From IMG/VR virus record IMGVR_UViG_3300022555_000029: 30,059 bases of DNA. One strand, given 5' to 3'. The DNA is from an uncultured virus (IMG/VR IMGVR_UViG_3300022555_000029) (taxonomy: Duplodnaviria; Heunggongvirae; Uroviricota; Caudoviricetes). The position numbers were made by a program, and so were the translations under genes. Below are positions 27,457 to 30,059 of the stretch, piece by piece (positions within the stretch are counted from its first letter, which is position 1; each line of letters begins with the position of its first letter). The notes below the pieces were generated by a model, which was given only the letters and a program-made list of their open reading frames with translations, was not told the DNA's origin and did not search any database.

Positions 27457-27489
27457 CTTGATTTTTACTTAAAAAGATTATATACTTAT
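27457..27489 (+). promoter_or_regulatory. Sigma70-type promoter (TTGATT-17-TATACT)
   Basis: -35 at 27458-27463 and -10 at 27481-27486, with an AT-rich upstream region. A near-identical copy lies at 29983. Confidence 0.8.
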
Positions 27490-27562
27490 TACATGACTTC
27501 CCATTATAAAATCTTTAACAAAATCAAAAAATTTACTAACATACTAACTGAAAGGGGGTATA

Positions 27563-27832
27563 ATGGTTGAAACAATAAAAGTAAAAGTTGGAACTGAGGC
27601 AGGAGAGTTCGAAATCTGGAAGTTTGAAGCTCGAACTAGAGAACAATGGAATGCAGCCAAGAGTATTTCAGAGCGTAAAGATTTTCTATGCTTCAGTATG
27701 TCACATCCTTTTAGTAAAGATGTTAAAGGATACGTTGGTCCAATGGCTTTGTTATGGTGGGATACTAATGACAAAGCTCATCTAACAAGAATTGGTAAAA
27801 AGGGTAGAATTCTTCGAGAGATAGTACGTTAA
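27563..27832 (+). CDS. Hypothetical early protein
   Basis: First gene after the promoter. RBS AAAGGGGG. Confidence 0.75.
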   Translation: MVETIKVKVGTEAGEFEIWKFEARTREQWNAAKSISERKDFLCFSMSHPFSKDVKGYVGPMALLWWDTNDKAHLTRIGKKGRILREIVR

Positions 27833-27847
27833 CTGAAAGGGGGTTAA

Positions 27848-28090
27848 ATGGCTAAAACAATAAGAGTAAAAATTGGTACACATAGAAAGCCAGGAAGTAA
27901 TGTATGTCCTAATTGTCACGAAACATTTCCTGCACATAAGAATAACACGAAGCATTATGAGCAACTTACAAGTAGAGAACAAGAGGGGTCGATTAGAGCT
28001 TCAACTTGGAATTTAAAACGTGACCTGCACAGAGACGAAGCTGAGTTCGAAAGACGTTTTCGGTGGATTGTAAAAACACTAGCTCAATAA
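27848..28090 (+). CDS. Hypothetical early protein with a CxxC/His zinc-finger-like motif
   Basis: Same RBS and N-terminus as the previous gene. CPNCHETFPAHKNNTKH. Confidence 0.7.
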   Translation: MAKTIRVKIGTHRKPGSNVCPNCHETFPAHKNNTKHYEQLTSREQEGSIRASTWNLKRDLHRDEAEFERRFRWIVKTLAQ

Positions 28091-28100
28091 AGGAGACAAA

Positions 28101-28337
28101 ATGCTAAAGACAAAAGAAAGAACATGTTTGAAGTTTACTGGGTATATTTTCTTACCTAGAAAACGGGAGCATCTTAAGTATGCTGCAACTCATATGGGTA
28201 GTGGTCGCTTGTGGATTTTTGATAAATACAACAATGCCCCTAAAAAAGGTATTGCTTGCAATATCGGTAGTATGGTTCATTTGGTTACGAATGCTTACCA
28301 GAAAAGAAGTATGGAAAATCTAAAAGGTATTAAGTAA
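28101..28337 (+). CDS. Hypothetical basic protein
   Basis: RBS AAGGAG. Confidence 0.7.
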   Translation: MLKTKERTCLKFTGYIFLPRKREHLKYAATHMGSGRLWIFDKYNNAPKKGIACNIGSMVHLVTNAYQKRSMENLKGIK

Positions 28338-28348
28338 GGAGGAGTCTT

Positions 28349-28633
28349 ATGCAGTTACAATTATCATTCATTCATCCGCGTAGTGGTCAGTGTAAAATGC
28401 AAATATCTGAACATGAGCGGATTCAGATTTCAAGAGGCAGAGTTATTCGAGTTCCAGCAGATAAAAAATCACTCCTCAATTCAATTCCAGTCAAATATCT
28501 TACCTCAATTAAAATCCTCGATGCAAAGTTAAGTCAATGTACAGCTTGTAAAAAATCAACTGATTCTTTGCTCTGTTCGGAGTGTATTATGAAAATTGCA
28601 AAGAATGAAGTGAGTAAAGGAGGTAACAAATGA
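28349..28633 (+). CDS. Hypothetical protein with a C4 zinc finger
   Basis: CTACKKSTDSLLCSEC. RBS AAGGAGG. Confidence 0.7.
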   Translation: MQLQLSFIHPRSGQCKMQISEHERIQISRGRVIRVPADKKSLLNSIPVKYLTSIKILDAKLSQCTACKKSTDSLLCSECIMKIAKNEVSKGGNK

Positions 28634-29025
28634 CCACAAGAACAGAAGGATTAGCAGATACGCTAAAAAATGAAGTAGAAAAAATCTTAGCGCAGAAGGG
28701 CGTCAAAGAATGTTTTGATGGCAACAGAATCGTACTAGTTGTAAAAGTAGATGGTGTGAGTGTTAAAATAGCTGCTCCTGCACTTAAAAAGCCGAGTAGT
28801 AGACCAAGGCTTACTAAGTTAGAATCAGCTAAGATAAAAGAAGTTAAGACAACTCTGAAGGAGCATCTAGATATTGCTTACTTGATTGTTTTACTTATGC
28901 GAGTAAAGCAAGAATTGAAAAAAGTAGTTCTTTCTGGTTTAGATGCTAACAAGAAACAGATGATTAAGGATATTGTGCTTGATGTAAATAAAGACTTATC
29001 AACTAAACTCTTGGAGGTAAAGTAA
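28630..29025 (+). CDS. Hypothetical basic protein
   Basis: RBS AAGGAGGT and ATGA overlap. Confidence 0.7.
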   Translation: MTTRTEGLADTLKNEVEKILAQKGVKECFDGNRIVLVVKVDGVSVKIAAPALKKPSSRPRLTKLESAKIKEVKTTLKEHLDIAYLIVLLMRVKQELKKVVLSGLDANKKQMIKDIVLDVNKDLSTKLLEVK

Positions 29026-29439
29026 ATGGTAAAGAAAGCCAAAGTAGTAAAGCATTCAGATATTGAAACAGATATTTTTGACATTCTGGAAGATGAGGGT
29101 GGAATTCATTCCGTTCACGATATTGCGGACAGGCTTAATAGAAATCCTGGGCAAATTCGTAGAGCAGTTAGGAGACTACGCCGCAGATTCAATGAGCTAG
29201 ATGAAAAAGTAACACAATGGATATTCACTACAAAGGGTGGATATACCATGGACGAAAAACCTGAGCATGCATTGTATGAATCTAGGCTACGCTTGAGTAT
29301 GGGCACAGGGGTTATTCTGAACGGTATGTATGCCATCAAGACTTCGAAGAGGTTAGCACTGAGCGAATTCAACAAAATGATGGTTCAGTATCGCCCGAAG
29401 ATGCTGCAGTTGGGCAAAGTCGGAGCCTTCACAAAGTAG
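29026..29439 (+). CDS. Winged helix-turn-helix DNA-binding protein
   Basis: IFDILEDEGGIHSVHDIADRLNRNPGQIRRAVRRLR...TTKGGY follows the wHTH pattern. RBS GGAGGT. Confidence 0.75.
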   Translation: MVKKAKVVKHSDIETDIFDILEDEGGIHSVHDIADRLNRNPGQIRRAVRRLRRRFNELDEKVTQWIFTTKGGYTMDEKPEHALYESRLRLSMGTGVILNGMYAIKTSKRLALSEFNKMMVQYRPKMLQLGKVGAFTK

Positions 29440-29502
29440 TAGTACATCTATAGTCAGTCAAGTGAAGATAATCGATTCTACTTAGTCCTACAAAGAGAAG
29501 TT
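29440..29502 (+). repeat. Copy 2 of the ~62-bp non-coding element
   Basis: Shares the blocks TAGTACAT, AAGATAATCG and AGTCCTACA with the reverse complement of 27243-27304. Confidence 0.8.
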
Positions 29503-29548
29503 GTAAGGGAAAATGAAAAAATCACGGAACATGTAAAAAGGAGCTTAA

Positions 29549-29968
29549 ATGGGGAACGGCGGTTGGAAAGGTATGGTAAGCGAAAAAGAAAAAGAGTGGA
29601 CGTACGCTACTATCAAGAAACTAGAAGGTGAAGGGCAGGTAATAACTGCAAAGTTGGTTAAGGAGTTAGACTTGATTAAACAATACCATAAAAAGTTCGG
29701 CAAGAAGATGTCTGTAGCTGGATTGTTTAATCGTATGTGGAGATATGCTCATCCTGGTTCTGTAATAGGGTCTAAAAAGAAGAACAAGCCAGAGTATGTT
29801 TTTGAGAATAGTAAGTTCATTGTCTACATCAAAGGTGCTGGTATCTTTGGGTATGAAACAGCGGATGAAGCTAAAGCTTCTTTAGAGCAAGGTAAGGTTT
29901 CAGGATTTATTACTATATTCAAAAAAGTAGATAGCAATGTTGAATACAAAGTGACGATAGGTTCATAA
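29549..29968 (+). CDS. Hypothetical basic protein
   Basis: RBS AAGGAG, 139 aa. Confidence 0.7.
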   Translation: MGNGGWKGMVSEKEKEWTYATIKKLEGEGQVITAKLVKELDLIKQYHKKFGKKMSVAGLFNRMWRYAHPGSVIGSKKKNKPEYVFENSKFIVYIKGAGIFGYETADEAKASLEQGKVSGFITIFKKVDSNVEYKVTIGS

Positions 29969-29982
29969 AATAATAATTTACC

Positions 29983-30015
29983 CTTGATTTTTAATAAGAA
30001 ATCATATATACTTAT
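29983..30015 (+). promoter_or_regulatory. Sigma70-type promoter (TTGATT-17-TATACT) for a gene starting at the window end
   Basis: -35 at 29984-29989 and -10 at 30007-30012. RBS AAGGAGG followed by 'AT' at the last bases of the window. Confidence 0.8.
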
Positions 30016-30059
30016 AGTAGAGCTTAACAGTAGGTATATATTAAAAAGGAGGGTCAAAT

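Noticed and set aside
29437..29631. 62 open codons in frame after the wHTH stop, suggesting TAG recoding
   Set aside because: There are two tandem TAGs, the frame runs into the next gene, and TAG and TGA act as ordinary stops elsewhere in the window.
621..30057. Short minus-strand and nested alternative-frame ORFs in the ORF track
   Set aside because: They overlap well-supported + strand genes and show no recognisable motifs.

Overview
The window is a segment of an AT-rich tailed bacteriophage genome (siphovirus-type). Every credible gene lies on the + strand, uses the standard code, and most have AGGAG/GGGG ribosome-binding sites. 1-2244 holds glycan-modification genes: a GT2-methyltransferase-GT2 fusion plus a GT9-like enzyme apparently split over two genes. 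2259-6767 encodes a (Gly-X-Ser)n collagen-like fibre, a tandem-CBM protein with the same N-terminal module, a cupin and small proteins. 6778-14271 is the neck, tail tube, a -1 frameshifted tail chaperone and the tape measure. 14274-25275 is the tail tip: a 1879-aa LamG/discoidin/FN3/hub protein and two adjacent tip proteins that appear to share one CARDB domain split between them. 25275-27163 encodes small, secreted and membrane proteins and ends at a terminator. 27164-30059 is an AT-rich control region followed by small early-type genes with two matching sigma70 promoters. The main leads are: (1) a candidate virion glycosylation system acting on Ser-Gly motifs found in several structural proteins; (2) split-CARDB complementation linking two variable tip proteins; (3) a ~62-bp non-coding element in inverted orientation bracketing the early gene block; (4) a secreted-protein gene enclosed by a 21-nt G-U-compatible inverted repeat. 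All functional calls come from reading motifs by eye; no database search was run.
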